The notes beneath the pieces are model-generated. The model saw only the letters and a program-made list of their open reading frames with translations. It did not search any database and was not told the DNA's origin. Positions 55,119 through 63,950 of a stretch of DNA of 64,000 nt are shown piece by piece. Each line of letters begins with the position of its first letter. Position 1 is the stretch's first letter. This DNA comes from an uncultured bacterium (GTDB lineage: Bacteria > Patescibacteriota > Minisyncoccia > Phycocordibacterales > Phycocordibacteraceae): positions 91,504 to 155,503 of the forward strand of contig CALFMK010000001.1 in assembly GCA_937879955.1 (NCBI GenBank), given 5' to 3'. The position numbers and the translations under genes are program-made.

Positions 55119-57092
55119 ATGGCTAAGAAACACGCTTCCTGGGGCTTCGACGTGACCGAACTCACCCTTTCAATCCGTCCGCAGGACGACTTCTATCATC
55201 ACGCGCACAAGAAATGGATGGACAAGAATCCCATCCCGAAGGAGGAGTCGCGCTGGGGCACGTTCATGATCGTACGGTACGAGACCGAGAAGCAGGTCCG
55301 CGCCATCGTCGAGGAAGTGGCCGAGAGGAAGGGGCTTCCTGCCGGAAGCAGCGAGCAGATGGTCCGCGACCTGTACCGCTCCGGCATGGATATGGAGCGC
55401 CGCAATGCGCTCGGCCTCGCGCCGCTGTCCCCGCTCCTTGAGAAGATCGACGCGATCGAGGACCAGGAGGACCTGCAGCGCGTCATCGCGGAACTCCATC
55501 GCGCGGACGTCGGCGTCATCTGGGGCGCGGGCGTCGACCAGGACATGAAGGATAGCGAATCCTATGCGCTCTACCTCGGCCAGGACGGCCTCGGCATGCC
55601 GGACCGCGACTATTATCTCAAGGACGACGCCGAATCGAAGCGCGTGCGCGAGGCATACCGCGGCCATGTCGAGAAGCTGTTCATGCTCATGGGAGTCCCG
55701 AAGAAGGGATCCGCATCCTCGCGCGATACCGTGCTTCGCATCGAGACCGCGCTCGCGAAGGTATCGATGAGCAAGGAGGTGATGCGCGATCCGGACGCGA
55801 TCTATCACAAGTTCACGCTCGCGAAGCTGAAGAAGCTCGCGCCTGCGATCGACTGGAACCTCTATCTGAAGCGCATCGGCGGACAGAAGGCCGGCTACTA
55901 CCTCGTGATGCAGCCCGCGTTCTTCGAGCGCGCGAGCGCGATGCTCGAGGAGGTCTCGATCGCGGACTGGAAGACCTACCTCTCCTTCCACCTCGTGAAC
56001 GACTATGCCGGGGCGCTCTCGGAGCCGTTCGTGAAGCAGAGCTTCTCCTTCTACGGGACCGTGCTCACGGGCGTGAAGGCCATGAAGCCGCTCTGGCGCC
56101 GCGTCCTCTCGACCGTGAACGGCAGCCTCGGCGAGGTGCTCGGGAAGCTCTACGTCGAGCGGCACTTCCCGCCCGAGGCGAAGAAGAAGATGAACCTCCT
56201 CGTCGACGACCTCTTCACGGCGTACGAGGCCCGTATCCGATCGCTCGACTGGATGAGCCCCGCGACCAAGCGGAAGGCGCTCCTGAAGCTCGCCTCCTTC
56301 AACCGGAAGATCGGCTACCCGGACCGCTGGCGCTCGTACAAGGGCCTCGAGATACGGGCCGACGACTACGTCGGCAACATCCTGCGCGCGAGCGAGTACG
56401 AGCATAAGCGCCACTTGCGCCGTCTCGGGAAGCCGATGGACCGCAAGGAGTGGCTCATGTACCCGCAGACCGTGAACGCGTACTACCAGCCCACGATGAA
56501 CGACATCGCGTTCCCGGCCGCCATACTCCAGCCGCCGTTCTTCGGCTTCGATTTCGACGATGCGGTCAACTACGGCTCCATCGGCGCCGTGATCGGGCAC
56601 GAGATAACGCACGGCTTCGACGACGAGGGCTCCAAGTTCGATGCCAAGGGCAACCTCAAGAGCTGGTGGACCGCGGAGGACCGTAAGCGCTTCATGGCGA
56701 AGGCCAGGAAGGTCGAGAAGCAGTTCGACTCGTACACGGTCGCGGATGGCGTGAAGGTGAACGGCAAGCTCACGCTCGGCGAGAACATCGCGGACCTCGG
56801 CGGCCTCTCCATCGCCTTCGACGCGTACAAGCTCCAGCTCGCGCGCGCGGGACGCCACGACATCGACGGCCTCACGCCCGAGCAGCGGTTCTTCTTCGGG
56901 TTCGCCATGTTCGAGCGCGAGAACGCCCGCCCCGAGTTCACGAAGACCCAGGTCCTCACGGACCCGCATGCGCCGGGCGTGTTCCGCATCAACGGCCCGG
57001 TCTCGAACTTCGAGCCGTTCTACGACTCGTTCGGCGTGAAGAAGGGCGACGGGCATTTCCGTGCCCCGAAGGACCGCGAGATGGTCTGGTAG
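55119..57092 (+). CDS. pepO: M13-family zinc metallo-endopeptidase, PepO or neprilysin-like
   Basis: 657 aa. The HEITHGFDDEG (HExxH) motif, ENIADLGG, and the C-terminal ...GDGHFRAPKDRE.VW are present. Confidence 0.9.
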   Translation: MAKKHASWGFDVTELTLSIRPQDDFYHHAHKKWMDKNPIPKEESRWGTFMIVRYETEKQVRAIVEEVAERKGLPAGSSEQMVRDLYRSGMDMERRNALGLAPLSPLLEKIDAIEDQEDLQRVIAELHRADVGVIWGAGVDQDMKDSESYALYLGQDGLGMPDRDYYLKDDAESKRVREAYRGHVEKLFMLMGVPKKGSASSRDTVLRIETALAKVSMSKEVMRDPDAIYHKFTLAKLKKLAPAIDWNLYLKRIGGQKAGYYLVMQPAFFERASAMLEEVSIADWKTYLSFHLVNDYAGALSEPFVKQSFSFYGTVLTGVKAMKPLWRRVLSTVNGSLGEVLGKLYVERHFPPEAKKKMNLLVDDLFTAYEARIRSLDWMSPATKRKALLKLASFNRKIGYPDRWRSYKGLEIRADDYVGNILRASEYEHKRHLRRLGKPMDRKEWLMYPQTVNAYYQPTMNDIAFPAAILQPPFFGFDFDDAVNYGSIGAVIGHEITHGFDDEGSKFDAKGNLKSWWTAEDRKRFMAKARKVEKQFDSYTVADGVKVNGKLTLGENIADLGGLSIAFDAYKLQLARAGRHDIDGLTPEQRFFFGFAMFERENARPEFTKTQVLTDPHAPGVFRINGPVSNFEPFYDSFGVKKGDGHFRAPKDREMVW

Positions 57093-57304
57093 GTATCAGA
57101 TAATGAGGAAGCACCGTGACCCTAAGAGAGCCACGGTGCCTTTGGGATGGGTCCGGAACGTTCCGGCCCAGGGAGAGGTCGCCACTGCCAATGGAACTAT
57201 ACGCGAGGACATGCGACTGCCGTTGTGTGCATCCCGAGCACGCGCGAGCAGTAGGCCAACAGCCTATCGACATCTGCAGATACTATATATCCGTTTCGGA
57301 TTTC

Positions 57305-57970
57305 CTACCAGTCGATCGGCCTCTCCCCGTTCTCCTCGAGATACGCGTTCGCCCTGCTAAACGGCCTGCTCCCGAAGAACCCGTTCGCGGCCGAGAACGG
57401 CGACGGATGCGCGGACTCGATGACGAGATGCTTCGTGCGGTCGATATGCGCGCCCTTGGTGCGGGCATAGTTGCCCCACAGTATGAATACGAGATGCTCG
57501 CGCTCCTCGGAAAGGACCCTTATGACGGCATCCGTGAACACTTCCCAGCCCTTGCCTTGATGCGAGCCTGCGGACGAGGCACGGACCGTGAGCGTCGCGT
57601 TCAGGAGCAGGACGCCCTGCTTCGCCCATCGCGACAGGTCGCCGCTCGCGTTCGATACCGGCTTCCCGAGGTCGCTCTCGAGCTCCTTGTAGATATTGCG
57701 AAGGGAAGGCGGCAGCGTAACGCCGTCCTCGACCGCGAACGAGAGGCCGATCGCCTGACCCGCGCCATGATACGGATCCTGTCCGAGGATAACCACCTTC
57801 ACGTCGTCGAAGGGCGTGAGGTCGAACGCGCGGAAGATGTTCTTCGGCTGCGGGTATACCTTTCCTTTCGCGTACTCCTCCTTCACGAAGTCCGTGAGCT
57901 GCTCGAAGTACGGCTTCCCGAACTCCTCGGAGAGCCTCGCCTTCCATGACGGTTCCATCTTCACTTCCAT
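57305..57970 (-). CDS. ung: Uracil-DNA glycosylase, family 1
   Basis: Motifs GQDPYH, the Leu-loop region HPSPFS, and ...LLLNATLTVR... are present. The ATG at 57970 gives MEVKMEPSW..., whereas the tracked ORF starts at a GTG 6 nt upstream. Confidence 0.9.
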   Translation of the reverse strand: MEVKMEPSWKARLSEEFGKPYFEQLTDFVKEEYAKGKVYPQPKNIFRAFDLTPFDDVKVVILGQDPYHGAGQAIGLSFAVEDGVTLPPSLRNIYKELESDLGKPVSNASGDLSRWAKQGVLLLNATLTVRASSAGSHQGKGWEVFTDAVIRVLSEEREHLVFILWGNYARTKGAHIDRTKHLVIESAHPSPFSAANGFFGSRPFSRANAYLEENGERPIDW

Positions 57971-57993
57971 GAGCACAGCATACCAAAGACGAA

Positions 57994-58014
57994 CGCGGCG
58001 TCAGGGACGCCGCG
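57994..58014 (-). terminator. Stem-loop downstream of the Cas4-like nuclease gene and a small TM ORF
   Basis: CGCGGCGTC-AGG-GACGCCGCG. On the minus strand it is followed by TTCGTCTTTGG. Confidence 0.4.
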
Positions 58015-58161
58015 TATCTTAGATGTATCTGAGGGCAGCGAGGCCTGCTCCGCTCGCCAGGCACGCAACGGCGACAGCAAGCGCGAGGCCGTTCTCGCGA
58101 AACCATGTCGACATTCCTATGATCCTTTCCTTCTGATCCAGAAGGAATCTAGCACATGCCG

Positions 58162-58944
58162 CTACTTCTTCGAAGCCTTATGGAGCGCGAGCAGCTTCTT
58201 GCCTGCCGCCTCGCGGTACGGGCAGTACTCGCAGAGGTCGCCCGATGGCGGGATGCTGTCAGACTCCAGGGTCTCCTTGATGCGCGGAAGCACCTCGTCT
58301 ATCCACTCGGTCTGCCCTTCGCACTCGACGACCGTCACCTCGAACTCGAGCTTCCCATCGAAGGCTTCCTTGTCGTCATGCGCGTTCGCGTAGACCAGAT
58401 AGCCCATCGGCGAGACCTCGAAGCCGTTGTTGCGGAGCAACCACTGATACACGCCCATCTGGCGCTTGTACTGCTCGTTCCAGCTGGAATCGCCGAGCAC
58501 CTCGATGGTGCCGGGCTTCGACGTGGACTTGTAGTCGACGACGATGAGCTCGCCGGACGGCGCTACCCAGATGTCGTCCACGGCGCCCGAGATCGTGAGC
58601 CCGGTCTCCTTGTGCGTGAACTCGACGCCCTCGAAGTTCTCGCGCCATGTATCGATGCTCTTGTGCTGGAACGGCACGGCATCGATGCCGTACTGGGTCA
58701 TGAGCGGGTGCGCGGTCGCAGCCTTCCGATGCGCGTCGAACTCCTTCTTGAAGAGCGTATCGACGGCCTTGTTGAGGGTGAACTCAGGGTATCCGGGGCG
58801 CTTGGTGCCGAGCTTGTTGTCTATGTAGAAGCAGCGCGGGCACTCTACGAAGAACTCGATCTTCGAGCGCGAGAGGCGCCACTTCTTGCCTCCGTAGTTC
58901 CAGTCCGGGCTGCGGTTCGGGTTGTAGCGCTTGAAATCGGCCAT
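58162..58944 (-). CDS. PD-(D/E)XK-superfamily nuclease with N- and C-terminal CxxC pairs, Cas4 or RecB-nuclease-like
   Basis: The internal start is MADFKRYNPN. The motifs read ...VDDIWVAPSGELIVVDYKS... (D, then E/D-x-K), CPRC near the N-terminus and CEYC near the C-terminus, which would be ligands for an Fe-S cluster. There is no CRISPR array or cas gene nearby. Confidence 0.65.
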   Translation of the reverse strand: MADFKRYNPNRSPDWNYGGKKWRLSRSKIEFFVECPRCFYIDNKLGTKRPGYPEFTLNKAVDTLFKKEFDAHRKAATAHPLMTQYGIDAVPFQHKSIDTWRENFEGVEFTHKETGLTISGAVDDIWVAPSGELIVVDYKSTSKPGTIEVLGDSSWNEQYKRQMGVYQWLLRNNGFEVSPMGYLVYANAHDDKEAFDGKLEFEVTVVECEGQTEWIDEVLPRIKETLESDSIPPSGDLCEYCPYREAAGKKLLALHKASKK

Positions 58945-59060
58945 ATGCGAGGAGTATAGCATTCGCCCGTGCACCGCTGCGCGAGGTCATTGACGCGAAT
59001 TCGGCAGTATCGTTCAATGCATGCAGATGCTGGCATGCTGCCACGATAGGGAGAACGACT

Positions 59061-59516
59061 ATGTCCAGTCTCAAGCGCACGTCTATGACCGTGAACGTAC
59101 TGCTTCTGTCGTCCTTCCTTGTGGGTGGCGCCTTCCTGCTCTTCGTCTGGTTGCTCGCTGGCGGCTCCACGTTCGGCCTTTTGCCCGAAATCGCGGAGCG
59201 CGGCGTCACGACCGACCTCGGATGCTTCATCGCGTTCATGGCGCTGGTCACCCTCGAAGGGCTACTGATCCGGACCCAGGCCGAGGGCAGAAAGCTGAAG
59301 TATCTGCTCTCGTATCTGGCCATGGCGGCGATTCTCGCTCTCTCTGGCTTCTTCGAGGGGTTCGGCACGGCTTCCGATGCAGACAAGGCTGCCCGGATCG
59401 TTAGCTGGCTGTTCTTCATCGTCGCAGGCGCACCGGGCGTGAAGCTCGTCGCCTGGTCGATCGTCCAATTGTTCCTGCAGGCCCGTTTCGCGTTCCTCGC
59501 GGAGCAGCCGACCTGA
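59061..59516 (+). CDS. Membrane protein with 4 TM segments, hypothetical
   Basis: 151 aa with four hydrophobic helices. It lies between the two nuclease genes. Confidence 0.55.
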   Translation: MSSLKRTSMTVNVLLLSSFLVGGAFLLFVWLLAGGSTFGLLPEIAERGVTTDLGCFIAFMALVTLEGLLIRTQAEGRKLKYLLSYLAMAAILALSGFFEGFGTASDADKAARIVSWLFFIVAGAPGVKLVAWSIVQLFLQARFAFLAEQPT

Positions 59517-59569
59517 CGGGACGATCAAAGCCGCGCTCTAAGGAGCGCGGCTTTTCCTATATATGCACG

Positions 59570-60403
59570 CTAGTTCTTCTGGCAGAGCGTATTCACTTCC
59601 GCAACCACCGTACCGATGCGCTCAGGACTGAGTCCCACCGCGCGCAGCACGTCCCGGTGCTCGCGGACCTGGTCGCAGGTGACGATACCCTTGTCGATGA
59701 GGAGGCGCTTCTCCGACTTCTTGAGCGTGGTGAGCGCCGTCACCGGGAAGAGCGCGTTCGCCACGATGCGGTCGTAGAGGTTCCCTTCGTGCGGATAGCT
59801 CCAGCCGAGGAGACCCATGCCGGAGCAGGTCGCGTAGTCGATGGCCTGCTTCGTGAACTTGGTGTTCGTGATGAGGAAGCCGAGGTCGACAGGACATGTC
59901 TTCTTCTCGTCCTCCCTGCACTGCCAGATGTCGTCGAAGCGCGCCTTCACGTAGAGCGCTACCTTTACATCGGTCTTGTAGCCCGGGCTGTTGTGGTACT
60001 TGAGCTCGGCGGCGAGGTGCTCGTTACCTCTCGAGGCGTACACGTCCACCTCGTGCGGCACGCACTTGCCCGGGATCATGCGGCGGCCTTCGACGGTCCA
60101 GCCCTCCTTCTTGAAGAGCTCGGCGACGAAGTCCTCGAACGGGTGCCCCGAGGGGCCCAGGTCGAAGAGCGCGCGACGGAGACTGTAGCGGGCAGCGGCC
60201 GGACGCGCGTCCTGGCGGAGCATCTGGAACGCGCGGCGATAGATGTCGGAGCTCTCCGCGCGAGGACCCATGGAGGCTTCGATGGTATGCCGGATGCGTT
60301 CCGCGGTCTGGTCGGTGGCGCCTGCCTTCCTGAGCGAGCTCTCGAGCTTCAGTCCGTCGAACACCTCTACCGTCCCGTCCGCCTTGATGATCTCAGGTTT
60401 CAT
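59570..60403 (-). CDS. ATP-cone domain protein fused to a restriction-endonuclease (Mrr_cat-like) domain
   Basis: 277 aa. The N-terminus reads MKPEIIKADGTVEVFDGLKLESSLRKAG, which is an ATP-cone. The C-terminal half has a PD-(D/E)XK-like core (...EVDVYASRGNEHLAAELKYH...). Confidence 0.6.
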   Translation of the reverse strand: MKPEIIKADGTVEVFDGLKLESSLRKAGATDQTAERIRHTIEASMGPRAESSDIYRRAFQMLRQDARPAAARYSLRRALFDLGPSGHPFEDFVAELFKKEGWTVEGRRMIPGKCVPHEVDVYASRGNEHLAAELKYHNSPGYKTDVKVALYVKARFDDIWQCREDEKKTCPVDLGFLITNTKFTKQAIDYATCSGMGLLGWSYPHEGNLYDRIVANALFPVTALTTLKKSEKRLLIDKGIVTCDQVREHRDVLRAVGLSPERIGTVVAEVNTLCQKN

Positions 60404-60428
60404 TTCCCGCTATCATAGCATCCCGGGA

Positions 60429-61451
60429 TCACGCGATGATCCCGCCGCCGATGACGACGCTATCCTTATAGAGCACGAGCGACTGCCCTGGCGCGAGCGG
60501 CTCCGGCAAAGGCTCTGATGGCATGAATGCACCATTCCAGGTACCGCGTATGAGCGGGCCGTGATAGCGGAACTGCGCATCGATAGTTCCCGCTGGCACA
60601 TCACTGAACCAATTCGCCTGAATAAGACTGATGCCCTCAGATACGCTCTCTGCAGTGCGCTCCTTCGACACCACGAGCAGGTTCTTCTTGATATCCTTCC
60701 GTACCACGTACCAAGGACCCGCAGGAGCGTCCGTAAGCGCGATACGCGCCCCGAGCGTATGCAGGATCGCGCCGTCATGTCGACCGATCACCTTCCCATC
60801 CATGTCTACGGCGTCGCCCGGTTCAGGATTGAACTCCATCTTCAGGAACTCGTCCACGGAGATGCTTCCGAGGAAGCAGATGCCCTGACTGTCCTTCTTC
60901 GCGGCATTCGGAAGCCCGTACTTCTTCGCGAGCCGGCGCGTCTCGTCCTTCTTCATGGCGCCGAGCGGGAACAGCGTCATAGCCATCGCTTCCTTCGGGA
61001 CGGCCCAAAGGAAGTAGCTCTGATCCTTGCCTGCATCTACGCCGCGGGACAGGATTCCGTCTTTTGCCTGCGCGTAGTGCCCGGTGGCGATGTAGTCGGC
61101 GCCATGCTCCTTCGCGAAGCGATAGAACGCGCCGAACTTAACTTCCCGGTTGCACATCACGTCAGGGTTCGGCGTGCGGCCGGCCTCGTACTCGGCGAGC
61201 AGGTAGTCAATCACGCCTTGCTTGTATTCAGTACTCGCATCGAGCGTATGGAAGGGAATCTGGAGCCTCGCCGCTACCCGCATGGCGTCCTTGCGGTCGT
61301 CAGACCAGGTGCAGGGCATCCCGGGCGGGTACCAGCCCTTGATGAAGATGCCTGTGACGAGCGCGCCCTGCTCCTTCAAGAGCGCGGCTGTGACGGCAGA
61401 GTCCACGCCGCCGGAGAGACCTACGAATACGCGCTTCCCCTTCAGGTTCAT
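60429..61451 (-). CDS. mnmA: tRNA-specific 2-thiouridylase MnmA
   Basis: The internal start is MNLKGKRVFVGLSGGVDSAV, which is the PP-loop. The catalytic Cys residues are present. The tracked ORF has a 19-aa extension. Confidence 0.9.
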   Translation of the reverse strand: MNLKGKRVFVGLSGGVDSAVTAALLKEQGALVTGIFIKGWYPPGMPCTWSDDRKDAMRVAARLQIPFHTLDASTEYKQGVIDYLLAEYEAGRTPNPDVMCNREVKFGAFYRFAKEHGADYIATGHYAQAKDGILSRGVDAGKDQSYFLWAVPKEAMAMTLFPLGAMKKDETRRLAKKYGLPNAAKKDSQGICFLGSISVDEFLKMEFNPEPGDAVDMDGKVIGRHDGAILHTLGARIALTDAPAGPWYVVRKDIKKNLLVVSKERTAESVSEGISLIQANWFSDVPAGTIDAQFRYHGPLIRGTWNGAFMPSEPLPEPLAPGQSLVLYKDSVVIGGGIIA

Positions 61452-61547
61452 GCGTACAGGTATAGCACGCCATGGGCAGTCTGAGACTATGCTGGAACCC
61501 TTCTGCAACCTATGCTAGGTTCTGCCTAGATCAGGCAGGAGGCCTCC

Positions 61548-61796
61548 ATGGCTTATGGGCAAATCCTAGTTCTTATTCAAAGAGACAAGGAGATAAAACT
61601 TCATTGGTGCAAGAAAGTCTCTGCACCAACCATGAATATCGGCGACTTCCTTGATAAAGATGAATGGAATCTTCAAGAGAGCGACTGGCGGGTTATAAAA
61701 ATATTCCGTGATGAAGAATGGGAAACCCTGCATGAGATCATCGGGAAATTTAGCCCCAAGGCAGTACAGCCGCTCTTCAGGGTTAGTCTTCCCTGA
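61548..61796 (+). CDS. Small hypothetical protein of 82 aa in an AT-rich patch
   Basis: A GGAGG Shine-Dalgarno sequence lies 5 nt upstream of the ATG. The GC content is about 40%. A strong intrinsic terminator follows it. Confidence 0.5.
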   Translation: MAYGQILVLIQRDKEIKLHWCKKVSAPTMNIGDFLDKDEWNLQESDWRVIKIFRDEEWETLHEIIGKFSPKAVQPLFRVSLP

Positions 61797-61810
61797 TCAA
61801 GAACGATTTT

Positions 61811-61848
61811 CCGCGTAGCGACTAGTCTCGCTACGCGGTTTTGTTTTG
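61811..61848 (+). terminator. Intrinsic terminator
   Basis: CCGCGTAGCGA-CTAGTC-TCGCTACGCGG followed by TTTTGTTTTG. Confidence 0.65.
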
Positions 61849-61875
61849 CAGCTACGAACGGAACGCGTATCGAAC

Positions 61876-63264
61876 CTACGTCGGCAGGTTCACCGGCGCC
61901 TCGCTCGTCGTGGACTGGATGCGCGGCAGGGACGGCGTCGTGACGGAGCTCGACGGGATATGGAAGATGGTCGCGAGCTCCTCGACGCTCATGACGCTGT
62001 AGTCGCCGATGTACGGCGGATGGAAGAACGCGCGACGCCTGTAGAACTCGGTCACCATGTGGTTCGCATGCGCGGTATGGTGTCCGTGCTTGTCCTCCCA
62101 TGGGTAGTCATTGAAATGGTTCGACCAGCGGCCGTCGGTCGGCATGAGCGAGTTGTGCTGCTCGGAGTTGAACGGCTTGAAGATGTTCACGAGCACGCCG
62201 CCCATGGTCCCCTGCGCCGCGCTCTCAGGCGCGAGATAGATGCCGCGGATGCCGATGTCGTACGCCTGCTTGCCGGTGTTGCGCTCGATCGCCTCGATCC
62301 GGCTCGCCATGGCGCGCGTCGGGTTCGGGTAGCTCGTCGTGGTGCGCTTGTTCCCGTCCGCGTCCACGTACTCGTTCACCACGGCGTCCTCCTCGCGCAG
62401 CTCGGCGATCGCCGCCTTCGCCGCCTCTTTCCAGTTCCCCGGCTTCGAGTCGAAGGGCTTGCCCTGGTGCACGCGCACGATGAGCTGCAGCCAGAGCTGC
62501 TCCTGAGAATTCAGGGAGCCCATGATCTCGAGCACCTGCGCGAGCGGATCCACCTGCTCCTCCGGCTTCTGCACCTTGTCGAGGCCGTATTCCTCGTACG
62601 TCTTCACCGGATACGGGTCCGGCTTCGTCTTCTTGAACTCGAAGGCGGTCATCGTATACGGGTGATGGGACGGGTCCGTGAGGCGGCTGTAGTCCATCGC
62701 CTCGATCACCTCCACGCCCGGGTACTGGGCGTAGATGTAGCTCTCGAACGCGCGGCGCCATCCCTCGCGCATCCATGCATACAGGTGCACCTGCCCGCCG
62801 AGCGAGACGATCTCGTACGAGTACCACGGGCGGGCACGGCCCTGGATCCAGCGCTTGTACCACGTGTTCTCGCCTCCCGCGATATGCATGCTCGAGAGGA
62901 CGGTCTCCATGGCGAGCGGCGTACGGCGCGTGTCGCGCGGAAGCCGGATCTCGAGGAGCACGTGCTTCTGGCCGCTCAGCCACGCCACCTTGTTCGCGTC
63001 CACGAAGCGCATGAACCCGAAGTGGAAGAGCAGGACCGGGAGCCAGACCGGGGACGTGAAGAGTAGGAACTCGAAGTTTATGAGCGACTGCGCGGGCGCC
63101 ACGAGGAAGAACGCGACGATCTCGGCCACGAACGCGAAGACCACCGGCCTGAACTCGATGGCGGTGCCGCCGCCCTCATGGGCGCCATGCATCCAGTGCT
63201 GGATAGCGGCGAGGCCCGGGAGCCCGCCTCCGCCGTGTCCTCCGCCGTGTCCGCCTGCTGACAT
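61876..63264 (-). CDS. Membrane protein with a His/Gly-rich N-terminus, hypothetical
   Basis: The internal start is MSAGGHGGGHGGGGLPGLAAIQHWMHGAHEGGG. Three TM helices and a soluble domain of about 330 aa follow. There is no P-loop. A TATACT -10 element 6 nt upstream of the ATG and the lack of a Shine-Dalgarno sequence suggest a leaderless transcript. The tracked 637-aa ORF has an artefactual Arg-rich extension. Confidence 0.55.
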   Translation of the reverse strand: MSAGGHGGGHGGGGLPGLAAIQHWMHGAHEGGGTAIEFRPVVFAFVAEIVAFFLVAPAQSLINFEFLLFTSPVWLPVLLFHFGFMRFVDANKVAWLSGQKHVLLEIRLPRDTRRTPLAMETVLSSMHIAGGENTWYKRWIQGRARPWYSYEIVSLGGQVHLYAWMREGWRRAFESYIYAQYPGVEVIEAMDYSRLTDPSHHPYTMTAFEFKKTKPDPYPVKTYEEYGLDKVQKPEEQVDPLAQVLEIMGSLNSQEQLWLQLIVRVHQGKPFDSKPGNWKEAAKAAIAELREEDAVVNEYVDADGNKRTTTSYPNPTRAMASRIEAIERNTGKQAYDIGIRGIYLAPESAAQGTMGGVLVNIFKPFNSEQHNSLMPTDGRWSNHFNDYPWEDKHGHHTAHANHMVTEFYRRRAFFHPPYIGDYSVMSVEELATIFHIPSSSVTTPSLPRIQSTTSEAPVNLPT

Positions 63265-63275
63265 ACGCGAAGTAT

Positions 63276-63309
63276 AGCAACAAAAGAAGAATGCTCCGGA
63301 GAACCGGAG
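63276..63309 (-). terminator. Intrinsic terminator of the HARE-HTH gene
   Basis: CTCCGG-TTCT-CCGGAG. On the minus strand it is followed by CATTCTTCTTTTGTTG. Confidence 0.5.
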
Positions 63310-63332
63310 CGTTCTTGTGTGTATGAGATCCG

Positions 63333-63950
63333 TTAGGCGACCTGGTAGGTGCCGTCCTTCTGGCGCTTGAAGTAGCGGGTGTCGCCGAGGTTCACGAGGA
63401 TGGTGTTGTCCTTCACGTAGCGAACCTTCTTCACCTCCTCGATGATCTGGTCGCGCGTGAGAGGACCCTTCTTCTCGAGCACCTCGCGCACGACGTCGCG
63501 CACGACGCCCGGCTGGAAGCCCCACTCGGCGAGCGCGTAGAGGCCGCGGCCGACCAGTACGAAGCGGGAATCCTTGATGAGCTCGTTGTGCGTGGTGGCG
63601 ACATGCGCCTTCTTGTTGAAGACCTCGACGATGGACGTCGCGACGTCGGCGAAGTGCATCGGCTCGCCCTTCTGCTTGATCACGAGGTACGCGTAGTCGC
63701 GGATGCCCTTCGTGCGGATCGCCGGCGCGTGCGCCTTGCCCCACTCGGAAAGCGGGTTCTTCGCGATGGTCTTCGAGATCGTGAGCCAACGCTTGAGGAT
63801 CTCCTCGTTGCGGTATGCAGCGTTCACCTCCTTGAGCTCCTCGAGGAAGCGGTTGATGATATCGCCCTCGGCCATGACCTCAGCATCGTCGAGCGTCTCG
63901 TAGAGGCGCGAGAGGGCGCCATGGACGGCGTCAGCGGTCTTCTGGTCCAC
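63333..63950 (-). CDS. HARE-HTH (winged-helix) domain protein, hypothetical. The 5' end may extend past the window edge.
   Basis: 205 aa. The segment PMHFADVATSIVEVF...DSRFVLVGRGLYALAEWG matches the HARE-HTH pattern. The reading frame stays open to position 64000. Confidence 0.5.
   Translation of the reverse strand: MDQKTADAVHGALSRLYETLDDAEVMAEGDIINRFLEELKEVNAAYRNEEILKRWLTISKTIAKNPLSEWGKAHAPAIRTKGIRDYAYLVIKQKGEPMHFADVATSIVEVFNKKAHVATTHNELIKDSRFVLVGRGLYALAEWGFQPGVVRDVVREVLEKKGPLTRDQIIEEVKKVRYVKDNTILVNLGDTRYFKRQKDGTYQVA

Noticed and set aside
57140-57200. A possible SRP (4.5S) RNA, because of the GGGUCCGGAAC...GG motif
   Set aside because: The asymmetric-loop GNAR, AGGA and GCA pattern of SRP domain IV is not present. 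The motif is a simple perfect palindrome. It is kept only as a low-interest structured element.
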